Shown piece by piece: positions 13,445 to 27,150 of a stretch of 64,000 bases of DNA. Where the stretch lies: positions 59,894,001 to 59,958,000 of the forward strand of contig CM052817.1 of the NCBI GenBank assembly GCA_028534125.1. Reading direction: 5' to 3'. Under the pieces are notes generated by a model. That model did not search any database. It saw only the letters and a program-made list of their open reading frames with translations, and was not told the DNA's origin. Each line of letters opens with the position of its first letter. Within the stretch, counting starts at the first letter, position 1. This DNA comes from Lama glama. Taxonomy: Eukaryota. The translations under genes were made by a program, and so were the position numbers.

Positions 13445-15394
13445 CATTTATTTAAAATAAATTAGTTCTGTTGTGGTTTTGGGAAGGGAGGAAAAACTTG
13501 GGAACTTGCATCGACTTAGTACCTGTCATCTGATCTAAATATTCTATATATACATTCCATGTATATGATTTAGGCATCTTCAGAAATGGTATAGGTTTAT
13601 GTGTTCTTCACTGACTATTCATGGATCCAAAGGCTTAATAGGTTTCGGTAAGCTTTGTGGATATACCTAGCGTCTGGTGCAATTTTTGTGGTGAACTATT
13701 TACTACTTTAGGGAGGTATGTGTGATGCATGTTAAAATGAAAGTAAAAATTATTCAAGGGGCAGCATCTTAAAATGTCATGATTTCTATATATAGAAAAA
13801 ACTCCAGAAAGTTCATACTATCATTCAATTCAGTATAAAAATATTTCTATTTTTTACATTGCAAAATGAATCCAGAGTCATTATTCTTCATAGCACATAA
13901 CTCTCTAATCGTATTTAGAGGAATAAAATAAAGTTTGCCAACAATGAAAAAGGGGGACCAGAAAATTTGTTGATGACATATCCAATGAACACAGATTTGG
14001 ACAATAGAATGGATGTTAGGCCTGACTAGATCTATTCATTCTCCTGTCAACAGTTGGCATGCCTCCTTCACAATGGCAGAAAAGCTATACAAAGTTTCTC
14101 TCCTTTGCAAACAGCATGTAGAGCAACTTCCCTGCCACTCTGTGACGTTTATTTGAGATATCTTTCTGCAGAATAGATGAAAAAATTACACTATTATTAA
14201 AGAGTGATAACTACTTTAGTTTATATACCAGAACAGTGAAGATACTGTTTTTGTTCATGCTAATGACTAATAACTGGAAGAAATTCTACCTTAACTAGAA
14301 GAACATGGTGATCCATGATGCTAAAATGTGCCAAAGATAACACATTTTTTTCTGATACATATTATACAGTTTCACCTAAAGTTTGAGCAGTCTTGTGTAA
14401 TGTTGGTGCTATCACTACAGTGGTTGGTTGTGGAAATTTGCTATTAAAAGCTGTTCAGTTTCATATTCTTGTCTCTGAAGTGCTGCCCAGTCTAGAGATT
14501 TATTTCACTGTGATTAACATTGCACCTCCCTTTAGTTACCTATCAGTCTCTTATTTAGCAAATGTTCTTTCTTGTAAGTAGTTACCCCTTTAAAAGTTAA
14601 AAATGATCACATATGTATTCGTTCACTAATTCATGTATGCAACACAAACATAGTATGTGGACATTAATTTGTTTACAAAATGCCTCAAATATCACCAGAA
14701 AGCTGTTGGAGCAAGTAGCCTCCAATTGGCATTAATAAACTGTATAATGATGTTCCTTTTTTTTTTTCATTCCTTCATAATTCTGTCTGATACATTTAAC
14801 TCCAAAAATTATATTTGTATATTTTCTCAAATTATAGAATTTCCTGTTCTTTTTCTTTATACATGTAAATGGTTTACCTCTGCGAAGTTGCTTTCCTTCT
14901 TTCCAAATTATGTAATGTTCAGGAGTTGTTTTCTATCAGATTATAATATAGTCTGATGGACTTCCAAGCTTAACTAGTGTAAACTTGTATTTGCAACTTC
15001 TACAGAAAAACCTGCTTACTTAGATTCATTGCATATTTGAAAATTTGTTTATCATCAGTGAACTGTGATTATTTCTCTAGCTTCATTTATTTTATCTTAA
15101 TTCAAAAAGGACCTTTGGAATTTCTTAAGTATTGACACAAATAAATCTCTAATTGTATTTAGAAAATAATACAAAGTTTTATTGGGAAATGGGACTCTAG
15201 AGCATGAAACTTCTTAGAATATTCTTTTCAGATTTTCACTGCTTTATAAAAGCTATCTACAAGGTGAAGTCAAAGGCCAATAAAGCTGAAGTGCGGATCT
15301 CTGAACAGCAATTTTGACTTAAGGCCTTAATATATGTTGAAATGTTTTGCACAAGTATTATTATGATTGATGATATTGTTAAAATATTCAATCA

Positions 15395-15950
15395 TATAAT
15401 CACACTTTATTTATTGAACAGATTGTTATTTATTGCCTAATGTGTGACAAGCACTTTCCTTTGCATTGATTTTTTTTTATGAATATAACCAACAGAATCT
15501 CTTACATCATGGAATCTGTATTCTAGGGAGGAGAAGAAAACAAACAATAAATAGATATGTACTCTATCAGACGGTAATATTTACTATGCTAAAAAACAAG
15601 CCAGGGAAGGAAGAAGTGGTGTGGAGAAAGAGGCTGCAGTTTTAAATAGGGTGATAAAGAAAGGTCTCACTAGGGAAGTTATCATTTGAGCAAAGACTTA
15701 AAGCAGTTAAGAAAACCAGCCATGTGTTTGTCTAAGGGGGAGAGCATCCCGAGCAGAAGGGAGAACAAGATAAGATCCTTGAAGAGGGAACATGTGTTTT
15801 GTGTTCTAGGAACAATAAAGAGGTTGTGGGTAACTGGATGTTAATGAGGAAGACACCAAATAGTATAATCTGAGATCTGAAATTTTAACAAAGGATCCAA
15901 TTACAGAAGGCTCTTTAAGCCCCTGGAAGGATTTTGACTATTTCTACAAA
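15395..15950 (-). mobile_element. L2 fragment (3' region)
   Basis: atttattgcctaatgtgtgacaagcact...ttttaaatagggtgataaagaaaggtctcact...atttgagcaaagacttaaa. Confidence 0.75.
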
Positions 15951-17134
15951 TCTGTTTATATGCCTGCAATTCCTGGCTGCCTCTGACATTCCAGCTACTT
16001 TTCACAGCTACTTTTTGTCTTGCCCAATTGTTCCCAGAATATTTACGTTGGTTTCTCAGGTACGTGCTCTCGTTACTCTCCTGAAGTTTCTGTATATTTG
16101 ATTTTGGTGGTGGGCATGAGGAACCTTTACTAGTTTGTCATCTTGTCGGAACCTTGAAGTATAAAATTGTTTTGAAATACAATTTGAGAAGTAAGTATTT
16201 CAGACTTTGAGAGGCTATTGAAGTTATTTTCCATACCTTCATATAATATGTAAGTTCTGAGGTTTTCCATCCTCTGTAAATAATATCTAACTACAAGAGG
16301 AAGCACATTACATTTTTGGACAATTTAATTAGAAGAAAAAAATTTCCTTAGATTAAGTTATACCTTTTAAAATAAATATACTCAATACATCTATAGACTC
16401 ACATAGATTAAATACATAGTTTATATAATTATGACCAAGAAGGAACATGAAACATTACCACTGCTAATTCTTCAGGTTTTCAACTTTTGATAGATAACTT
16501 ACTGATCATATAACTATGACTTGTTCAAGAGGTTAAGTGTCATCTCAGACTGACAAAAAATCAGGTATTCCCCTCAAATTCTAAGAGAACTTTAGCTAGA
16601 GAAATTTCTTCAGAATGTTAAGCAGCACCAAGGAAGATATGGCTGAAATTATATAAGGCGAAGTTAAAGTAAGGGGAAATAATAAAAGTTCAAGGTTTTT
16701 TAGCTATAAGTAGACACCTTAAAGAAAACAATTGCAGAGCAGATTTTAAGGAATGCTAAGTCCATGAATAGTCGATAATCTATTGCTAGTCCCCACTCCA
16801 GATCATAGGTGGCAGTGATGTTGCTTTTCTAGGAGCCATTCTGTGAGAACCAGGATTCTCAAAGGCAATTATTCTTAGGGTAATATATTACCTAGGTAAT
16901 TACTCTTAGGATAGTATATTTTAGGTAGTTAGAAAAATGTCTTCAAATAGGGATCTAGGATTCTTGCAAGTTTTGGATTCTTTGTCTTATAGGGTCTCGA
17001 CTGCATACAGGTACCAGGAGCTTAAGATGATACAAAAGCTCACTTGGTTCTTAACCCCTTGAACTCGAAATGGCATATATCCTACTTCTAGTCACTCTTT
17101 TGACCAAACCTAACTATAAAAGAAGCTAGAAAAT

Positions 17135-17255
17135 ATCAATGGAATTCCACATCCTAACACCAGGGATTCTGATTCAGTATATCTGAGGAGGCATGTTTGA
17201 TTTTTAAATGCTCTGTCAGTAATTGAGTTGTTCATTAAGTTTCAGAATTCTGGTT
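17135..17255. mobile_element. MER5A-like hAT-Charlie fragment
   Basis: ccagggattctgattcagtatatctgagg...tttttaaatgctc. Confidence 0.55.
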
Positions 17256-17469
17256 CTACCACTATAGTTCAATACGAAATATTGAGTTTCTATTACAAGA
17301 AAGACACTATGCCAGACACTAGGGACTATTTACTTTGATGAAAAGTTAAACATTACCCCTATATTTCCGTCCAGGGTTTGGGGATGGGGGCAGCTTCAAG
17401 CCTAATGAGAAAAAGATAAACACAGGCCTTTGTGCTGGGTTAATTCTTTGGAATTGCTTTGAAACTCTG

Positions 17470-18090
17470 TCTCTACTTCCTCACCTCCCATTCACTCTTT
17501 AACCCATTTCAATTTGGCTTCCACTCTCACCAGTTTCATTGAAATTGATTTTATTAAAATAATTAATAATGTCTATGTTACCAAACACAGAATAAGGATA
17601 CTCATTTTTCCTCATATGACTAATTTTTTGAGTAACATTTCATGTAGTTGACTGTTCCTAATTATTTGAAAAACTTTTCCTTTTTTTGCTTCTTTTAATG
17701 CTTTTATTTGATATTCCCTCTAGATCAATAATGGTACCTTCTAATCCACCCTGAATTGTGTTTCTTCTTCTAATTAAGACTAGATTGCTTCTTGGATTTG
17801 TTCTGGTTTCTCTTATCTCCATTTGCAGTACTTCCTTATGTGATCATGTCCAGTCTCAGGTCTTTAATTCCCAAAAGTATGTTGATGACTTTCAAATGTA
17901 TGTCTCCTACTCAGACCTCTTTTTCTTAAGCTTCATTTCCACACATTCAATTGCCAACCTAATATCTCTACTTGCATTTTAATAGACATCTAAAACAGAA
18001 CATATACAAAAAGGAACTTGTGATTTATATCCTATTACTCTGCCAGTTATCACTGCTTCTGCAAAATGGAACCTCCATTGACTCAGCGGT
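17470..18090 (+). mobile_element. L2 fragment (ORF2-derived)
   Basis: cttcctcacctcccattcactcttttaacccatttcaatttggcttcc...gatcatgtccagtctcagg...tatgttgatgactttcaaatgtatgtctc (degenerate YVDD RT motif). Confidence 0.75.
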
Positions 18091-21000
18091 CAGGGGATTG
18101 GAAGTCTCTGTGGCTGAAGAACAGACGTAATGGAATGAGTCTTTAGGGTTCTAGAAAGACCGTGTAGAGAGTGAGCTATTAGATTTTAAGATATCTCATG
18201 TAGAGTATGTACAGGTGATGTCAGGGACTAGTTATTGGTCATAGGTGTAGTGGAAGTAAAGGACATTGGGATTAAGAAAGATAAAAACTGTGTTGTTAGT
18301 ATGATTCGTAAGTAATCAACACGTATGTGTCATAATAAGTCATCAACATGTACCTATCAACGGTATCACTCAGAATGGTGGATTTGGGATAGAGAGTAAG
18401 ATTCTGAACTTTATTGAATGAATTGATTGACTAGTGAGGAGGTGATCAATGACAATGGTGAGGAGGATAATAGGGTAGTATAGCCAGATGGATGGGTTTC
18501 AGAAGAGATTACTTTACTCTGTGGTGTACAAGTAATAGTTTGAAATTGTTTTAAGAAGTAAACAATGTTAACTCCCCATTTCTGGTTGCAGTAGATCCTG
18601 GTTTGTAAAAAAATAAATCTCTAGTTGAGCAGTGTCCTGTAGAGAAATCTAGGGTTTATTCAAAGGCAGCAATCTTCCATAAAGGAGTTGAAAATATTAA
18701 TGGAATGCAATTACCATGGAATGATAATGGAGAACAATAATCATGTGTAGGTATGGAAGGCATTAGTCAAAGGAAAAAACAGGAAGAAAATGAGAAGATG
18801 ATAATTGTTTAAATAGGCATACATTTTGGACAGTAACCAAATATACCAGAAGTTAGAATCATGATTAAATTAGCTGGCCTTAAAGTCTCATCAAGAATTT
18901 CACTGGCTTTCCAAGCTCCTTCCAAGCTCCAAGTAGAATCCTGGGATGAATTTCTAAATCATTTTGTGACTGAACCATTTTGTGACTTAATTTTTGTTTA
19001 AAATGGCCTCATAAAAAGATGTCTTATAGTTTCTCACATCTGATTGCCTGAAACTTGGCAAATTGACTCCTTAATAAAACAGACGCTATAAGGAAAACAG
19101 TACTTTTAAATATGAGGTACCATCTTCAGATAGGTATGCATACGTGAATTCTTGTAATCCTGATATTGATATACACTGAATACATTTTGTTTAAATTCTG
19201 GATCAAGGAAATGGTTTCAAACTACTTCTTCATTAAATCATGAACAATTTTTTAAAACACTGAAAATGTGAAAACATATGAACAATTTTTAAAAACACAT
19301 TAAATTATAAAAGAAGATTTTAAAACACTGTTATATTTGTTCAACATAACAAACATCCATCTGCATACTCAGAAACCAGAATTCACAGATATATTTTGTA
19401 AATTTGTTTTAGAATTTATGTTAAATGAAGGAAAATTTGTTTACTTTTTTATTGGAAAACTATATTTGTTTAAAGTTTAATGTCAAGACTTAAGATATGA
19501 AATAACAGTAGATAATCTCTGGGGATCTACTTATGTTTTCTTTGTGCACTTTACCTAAGGGTCTTCATACATCAGCAGTGCAGTAGAATTCTTTCCAAAC
19601 TTGACTTTTTTTTTAACTTGGTCTCTGAGGTTAATTGCTTTATATCAAGTGTCAAAAATAAGCATTCTAACTGGATATATTTTGACTTTCTACATCACAT
19701 CTGAAGAGGTTAATAAAAAGCCATAGTGTATTCTCTGTCATCTCCTTTAATATGGCCACAACTATATAAGTTACCAACTCCGCCCAGCTATTTTTTTTCT
19801 TTGAAAGAGGAATACTGCATACCATGTGATTGAGTCAAGTTGTTCAAAGAGATGAATTAAGGATTTAGTTTGAAGGCATTCATTATTGTCTCTTCTCTGC
19901 ACATGTTATTCTAAAAGCAGAATGTTTGTCTCAGGAATGGACTAAAATTTTAATATAGATGCAGTTTATTAGAATAAGAACCATATAGATTTCTGAACCG
20001 AAAAGTTGAAGATTCAAGTTCTAGCTCATTTATTTCTATCTATGTGATTGGTTAATCCACTGAATTTTTCTGATTCTCAGTCTTCTCATCTATAAATGGG
20101 AATGAAGAGAGCTAACTAAGAGGAATTTCAACATTTAAAAGTATTACTGCTGTTTTCTTAAGAATGAAACTAACAATGGCAAGCATATACAACTTTGGCT
20201 ATTTTTGTAAGATTTAAGATTACCTGACATGTTATCACTAAAAATAGTACTTGAAAGTTGAATTTTTGTAAGTATTTGACTTACAGATAGTCCTTGACTG
20301 ATTATGATGCAGATCTTGATAGAAGAAAGCAATTGGGTACATTTTGCAACCACTTATATCTATTAAATACCTAAAAATATTGCCATACTTCTAAGGAAAC
20401 TCACATCTTATTCACTGCTGTGTAGTCTACAGTTTTAATAGAATCATTGTTTTCTCACTGTTTGTAAAATATTTTGTAAGGCATCCTCCCTAACAACACC
20501 TGTAATGCAGCTCCCTAATATAGTTACTTACTCAGTATAAGAAACAGCACAAAACAGGCCATGTTGGGAAAATTTTTCAGTAGATTTCTATAAAATCTTT
20601 CATTGCGTTTGTTACATGTGCTTATGTAAAAAAGAAGATAAAATTACAGATGGGTTCAAAGTTTATCAAACCAGGAGGTGTGATATTTATATTAGTAGAG
20701 TACCCTTTTGCTACCTGAAATAATTCACATGATGCATTTTTTTCTTTAGAAATGAAGACCTCATCTTATAGGTCTAAAGTGCTTAATTTCAAATGACTTA
20801 CCTAGTTAAGTTGACTCAGATTGGTAAATGATGTTTTTAAATCTAGAAGCAGAGTGAATTTTTATCTTATGTATAAAATTAAAATTTTTACTATGTGGAA
20901 GACAGGCTAAACTAAATTATTTGTCTCCAAAATGTGTTTTAATCTTTGAAGAGCATGCATAGTGTTCACACTACTTTTTTTCATACAGATATTTCTTTGA

Positions 21001-21456
21001 CCTATAATTTTACTTATTGTACTATATACCAGTTCTCACACTTTTTAAATTGGTAACTGAAGGTGGTATTAAAAGATAGTGATTTGTTATAGGAGAGAAA
21101 AAAGCTGAATCTGTTCTGTTTCTAAAAATATCTGTAAGTCTTTCTAGTGAATGTATTTTTCAAGAAGCTATCTTCTTTTACTTTCTTATCTTTTTTTTTT
21201 TTTTTTTGAATGTGCATCATTTCAGTTTGGAAAGTGTTTGAATTGCTGTGAAGTGTATAAAAAAAGTCTCTTTTCATAAACCAGTTATTTCTATTTTTTT
21301 CATAGTATTTAAGTTTGTAATAATAGGACATAGCTTCAATTAAATGCGTGATGTGTAGAAAGGGCCTGAAACACAGGATGTAAAGCTCTGGATAACTTCA
21401 TAGAGTCAATATGAAAATATGAAAAAAAAATTAAAGAATTAACCAGTGTCATTTTT

Positions 21457-24400
21457 TTTCTAATTTTTTAAAACAATGATAGCATACTCATGAGAAATTT
21501 ACCATCTTACCCATTATTTAGTATGTAGTTTGACAGTATTAAATATATTCATAATATTGTACTACCATCACCACCACCCATTTCCAAAACTCTTTTCATC
21601 TTGTAAAACTGAGATCCTACACCCATTAAACAAAACTCCTTACTCCCCTCTCTTTGCAGCCTCAGGCCATCACCATGTTACTTTCTGTCTATGATTTTGA
21701 CTGCTTTAAGTACTTCGTGTAAGTGGATTCATTTAGTATTTGTCTTATTGTGATTGGCTTGTTTTCATTTAGCATAATGTCTTCAAGGTTCATTCATGTC
21801 ACAGTATATGTCGGCATTTCCTTTCTTCTTAAGAATGAATAATATTCCATTGTATGTATTTACTCCATTTTGCTTATCCTTTCATCCATCAATGAACATT
21901 TGGGTTTCTTGCATACTTCAGCTATGAGAATAATACAGCTATGACCATGGGTGTAACAAATGTCTGTTCAAGACCAATTTTTTTCAGTTTTAGGGGGTAT
22001 ATACTAAAAAGTGGAATTTCTGGAACACATGGTAAGTCTATGTTTAATTTTTTGAAGACTGCCATGTTGTTTTTCAAAGCAGATGTACCAGTTTTCATTT
22101 CCACCAATGTGTCCTCAAGGGTTCCAATTTTTCTACATCCTTGCTAACATTTATTTAATTTTTTTTTAATAGTGGCCATCTTAATGAGTGCAAGGTGTTA
22201 CCTCATTGTTGTTTGATTTGCATTTTCCTGATGGTTAGTAATCTTGAGGGTGTTTTCATTTATCTATTGGCTACTTATATATCTTCTTTAGAGAAATGTC
22301 TCTTTCAGTTCTCTGCCAGTTTTTGAATCCGTTTTTTTGTTTTGTTTTGTTTTGTTTTGTTTTAGCTTTAGAAGTTCTCCATATATTTGGGTATTAAACT
22401 CTCATCAGATATATGATTTATTTACAGATATTTTCTCCTGAAGTGAATCTATTGTAGACATTATATATTTGGATCATGTTTTTTCAGCCATTCTGTCAAC
22501 CTCTGTCTTTCAATTGGAGAGCTTATTCCTTTTAGATTTAAAGTAGTTACTGATAAAGAGGGACTTTTGTCATTTTGCTGTTTGTTTTCCATATGTCTTC
22601 TAGCTTCACTGTCTCTCATTTCCTGGATTACTGTTTTCTCTTTTACTTAATTGGTTTTTTGCAGTGAAACATTTAAATTCATTTATCATTCCCTTTTGTG
22701 TATATCTATAGCTATTTTCTTTGTAGTAATCATGGGGATTGAATTTGATATCCTAAAGTTATAACACTCTAGTTTAAACTTATGCCAACTTAACTTCAAT
22801 AACATACAAAAACTCAGTTCCTTTACACCTTCATCCTCAGCCCTTTCAGTTGTTGATGTATCAAAATTACATCTATATACATTGTGTGCCCCAAAATATA
22901 AATTTAAATGTATTAGTCTCTTAAATTATGAGGAAAATAAAATGTGCAATTACAAACCATTGTTACAATCAATAATACTCATTTTTAGACTAATGACTGT
23001 ATTTTAAATGAAGTATTAGAGTCTTATATAGAAAATGGAATTACAAAGTGTCATTACAATAATACTGACTTTTACAATTGCTTACGTACTTACCTTTACG
23101 AGATCTTTATTTCTTTGTGTGGCTTTGAGTTACTGTCCTTTGAGTTAATGTCCTTTTGTTTCAACCTACAGGACTCTCTCTAGCAATTCTTGCAGGACAG
23201 GCCCAATAAAATGAATGCTCTCAACTTTTATTTATCTGACTATATCTTAATTTCTCCCTTAGTTTCACTCACTGCCTCTGGCCTCCAAAATATCTAATGA
23301 GAAATTTGCTGATAATCTTATTGGGGATCCCTTGTATATGATAAGTGCCTTTTCTCTTGCAGCCTTCAAGATTCTCTCTTTCTCTTTGTCTTTAGACAGC
23401 TTGCTTATGCTGTGTCTCAGCGTGGGTTTCTTTGAGTTCTTCCTATTTGAATGTTCATATACCAGCTATTTATATCCATGTCTTTCACTAAGTTTGGAGT
23501 TTTTTTGCCATTATGTCTTCAGATATTCTTTCTGATCCTTTCTTTCTCTCTTCTCCTGAGATACAGGCCTTTAAACTCGATTCACTTTTCTTCAATCTTT
23601 TTTCTTTCTCTTCTTCCAACTCAATAATTTCCATTGTTCCCTCTTCAAGTTTACTGATTGTTTCTTCTGCCTCCTCTTTGAATCCTTCTAGTAAATTTTG
23701 CATTTCTGTTATTGTACTTTTCAGTTCCAGAATTCCTTTGTGGTTTCTTTTTAGGGTTTTTTATACTTTCATTGTTATTTCCATTTTGTTCATCCATTTT
23801 TTTCTTGATTTTCTCCACACCTTTCTTCAGTTCTTTGGTTGTCTTCAATGCAGTTGTTTTTAAAATCTTTGTCTAATACACATTCTACTTGCTCTTTTAA
23901 GGGGCAGTTTCTGTTATTTTTTTTCCCCTAATTTTTTCCCCTTTAGATGTGCCATACTTTCCAGTTTCTTAGTATGTCTTGTGATTTTTTTTTGTTGAAG
24001 ACTGGACATTTGAATCTAAAAAATACAAGATTTCTGAAAGTCAGATTCAGATTCTTCCCCTTCTCTCAGATTTGCTGGGTTTATTTATCTATTTATTATT
24101 ATTATTATTATTATCATTATTACTACTACTACTACTACTACTACTGCTACTACTACTACTTATTCTTGTAGGCTGTCTCAGCCTGCAGTGTAAAGCTAAG
24201 GCCTTTTCAGGTCTTTCCTGAGCCTGCACCTTTCTTTAGGCATGTACAGTGACATTTCATTTCCCTGTGTACATAGTTGCATTTGAATGCCCTGATGGTA
24301 ATGTCTGGCTTCCAAAAACAGAAAAATGGGGTAGGTAGAAGATTGTGACCCTATTTAAACCCTCTGGCAGACACTTCAGCCAGACAGGGAGGGGCTTGCA

Positions 24401-24778
24401 ACAGTGGACTGAGGTGCAACAACAGTGGCTACCTCTTAGATCAGAAGTGGCAATCAGACATCAGGGCACAGAACTCAGACATTTGGAGGACAGGATCCTA
24501 TTGGCCCACCCTGGCTCCCACAAGCTGTGTGCAAGGTGCCCCTGGGAAGACTTACAGCTTCCTGCTACATAGCTGAGGGGTGGAGAATGGGTGGCTGATA
24601 ACTGTGCTATGGGATGAAATTGACTGAAATTAAGCCTTTTCCTGGGAGTTACAATCCTTCAATATACTCCGGCATTCCAAAATTGTTTTGTTAGGTAGAA
24701 TCTAATCTTCTAATTGTTGTCTAGGTGGGGAAACAGATTTCACATGCATCCTGCTTCATCATCTGCACAGAATTACTG
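21457..24778 (-). mobile_element. Old full-span L1 (L1M-type): 5' UTR, ORF1 remnant, ORF2 start joined to ORF2 C-terminus, 3' UTR; flanked by a degenerate TSD
   Basis: 3' UTR/ORF2 C-term 21457-22438; ORF2 N-term and inter-ORF from 22439; ORF1-like translations at 23488-23703 and 23651-23848; 5'-end-like sequence near 24740-24778; flanks taaccagtgtcattttt (21440-21456) and taaatagtgccattttt (24779-24795). Confidence 0.85.
24094..24160 (+). repeat. Compound (TAT)n(TAC)n microsatellite inside the L1
   Basis: tattattat...tactactac run; source of the poly-Tyr in track ORF 23947-24171. Confidence 0.95.
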
Positions 24779-25915
24779 TAAATAGTGCCATTTTTAATAA
24801 GAAAAATCCAGATTATTGATCTTTCAATATCTAGTACCCTTAAAAAATTGAAAATAATTCTTATTAGAACAACTGATTTGGAATGTTTACTCCCCAAATA
24901 CCAAATTTATATAAAATGCATAAGTAATTAAAAGAGGATATGTTCCAACATAAAATGATTATTTTAAAGATTAACCTCCTATTATCCTCCACATGGAAAA
25001 GTCAGATTTTCTGCTCTGTAAGCAACATGCATTTTCTTTTATCACACAGACTTTTGTAAAACCTACAGTAAAGTTAAATGCCTAGGTGACAGTATTATCA
25101 ATTTAAATGTGCTTTGAGTTTCTGGATGATTTTAGAATAATTCCAAATGAAATGTGAATTCAAATGTTATTGGAGAGTAGGGCTGAGAAAAAGGACCTGT
25201 GTTAGAATGAAGATTCCCTTCATGAATTTGGCTTAGCTCACACTGTGATGGAGTGTCACATTCCAACATAAATGCCCTCCCCTGAAATTTCTGGAGACAG
25301 TCATTGAAAATTTGTCTGCTTGGTCTATGATTTGCCCTTCTTATTTTAAGTCATTCTATCATAATATGTTGAGTAAAGCTGATAATTTGAGGTATCTGCA
25401 ATATAAAATTATATCTAAATTACAATATACCTTTAAGTATTTATCATTTTAATTATCTGTGAGGAGTTTTATCTCTTTCCAATTATATCTTGCTATACTG
25501 TATCATAACTAATTCTGTCTGTGATCTTGGCAGTATTGTCTTTGAACTTGATTATCTGTCTTTAAAACAAGAATGATGCTTGCCTGTAAACTAAGTAATT
25601 ATGGTAAATGAATTGGGAGTTAATAGTATAATGTACTTTGAACTCTGAGAACAAAATGCTAAGTAAGTATTAGATGTTGAAAGATAATGAACCAGTTAGT
25701 TTCTATACCTGGTCACAATTTGAATATTACAGACCTAGGTAAATTAGTAAAAGTCTTTAATATATAAAGTCAATGACTTTGTCATTGTTGTTCTATTAGG
25801 ACCATTAATCACTAAAGTAGAAAAAAATTCTAACTTCTTAAAAAAATGAAAGGCTAGAGATTTATTCTGAACCCTGAATTTAAGAATATATCAAAGTGTA
25901 TACATTATTGGAACT

Positions 25916-27150
25916 TTCTGTCTCCTAAAGTAAAGGAAATAAAAGCAAAAATAAACAAATGAGACCTAATTAAACTTAAAAGCTTTTTCACAGCAAAGGA
26001 AACCATCAACAAAATGGAAAGACAACCTACTTGGGAGGAGGGGGTTGGGTGGATATAGCTCAGTGGTAGATCACATGCTTAGCATACATGAGATCCTAAG
26101 TTCAAACCCCAGTAACTCCATTAAAAAAAAAAAAAAGCTAACCTAATGAATGGGAGAAAAATATTTGCAAATGATATGACTGATGAGCAGTTAATATTCG
26201 ACCTGTATAAACAGCTCATACAACTCAACATCAAAAACAAACAAACAAACAAACAAGTCTATTGAAAAATGAACAGAAGACCTGAATTGACATTTTTCCA
26301 AAGAAGACATTCATATGGCCAACAGGCACATTAAATGATGCTCAGCATCTCTAATCATTAGGGAAATACAAATCAAAACCACAATGAGATATCACCTCAC
26401 ATCTGCCAAAATGACTATCATCCAAAAGAACACAAATAATAAATGTTGGTGAGGTTGTGGAGAAAAGGGAGCTCTCATACACTGTTGGTGGGAATGTAAA
26501 TTGGTGCAGTCACTGTGGAAAGCAGTATGGAGGTTTCTCAAAAAAACTAAAAATAGAACTACCATATGACCCAGCAATTCCATTCCTGGGTGTATATCCA
26601 AAAAAACCCAAAAACATTAATTCACAAAGATGCATTTACTCCAATGTTCATAGCCACATTATTCACAATTGCTAAGGTATGGAAGCAACCAAAATTTCTA
26701 TCAACAGATGAATGGATAAAGAGGTATAGTGTATATATACATAATGGAATACCACTTAGCCACTGAAAGAATGAAATACTGCTATTTGCAGCAACATGCA
26801 TGGATGGACTTGGAATACATTATGCTAAGTGAAATAATTCAGAAAAAGACACATACTGTATGATATCACTTACATGGGAATCTGAAAAGTACAACAAACT
26901 TGTGAGTATAACAAAAAAGAAGCAGAGTCACAGATATAGAGAACAAACTAATGTTTGCCATTGGGGAGGAGGGGTAAAATAAAAGGGTGAGGGAGTGGGA
27001 GGCACAAACTTAGGTGTTAGATAGGCTCAAGACTGTATTGTACAACACAGGAATATAACCAGTATTTTCTAATAACTGTAAATGGAAAGTAACCTTTAAA
27101 AATTTCATAAAAATAAAAAATGAAGCATTGTGGAGTTGCAAAAAAGAGAA
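25916..27150 (+). mobile_element. 5'-truncated L1 (ORF2 C-terminus plus 3' UTR), sense to GRID2, with a nested SINE
   Basis: Translations ELPYDPAIP and FTPMFIATLFTIAKVWKQPK...TDEWIK (26457-26766); AATAAA at 27112-27117; flanked by a 31-bp direct repeat (25885-25915 / 27151-27181). Confidence 0.95.
26032..26136 (+). mobile_element. tRNA-Ala-derived SINE (camelid Vic-1 type) inserted in the L1
   Basis: A box tagctcagtgg, B box gttcaaacc, ctcca plus A tail; TSD aaagacaacctact (26018-26031) / aaagctaacctaat (26134-26147). Confidence 0.88.

Noticed and set aside
23947..24171. Poly-tyrosine protein
   Set aside because: Translation of a (TAT)n(TAC)n microsatellite inside an L1
26045..26120. tRNA-Ala gene (also 48210-48279)
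   Set aside because: Disrupted stems, A-rich tails and TSDs indicate SINE copies
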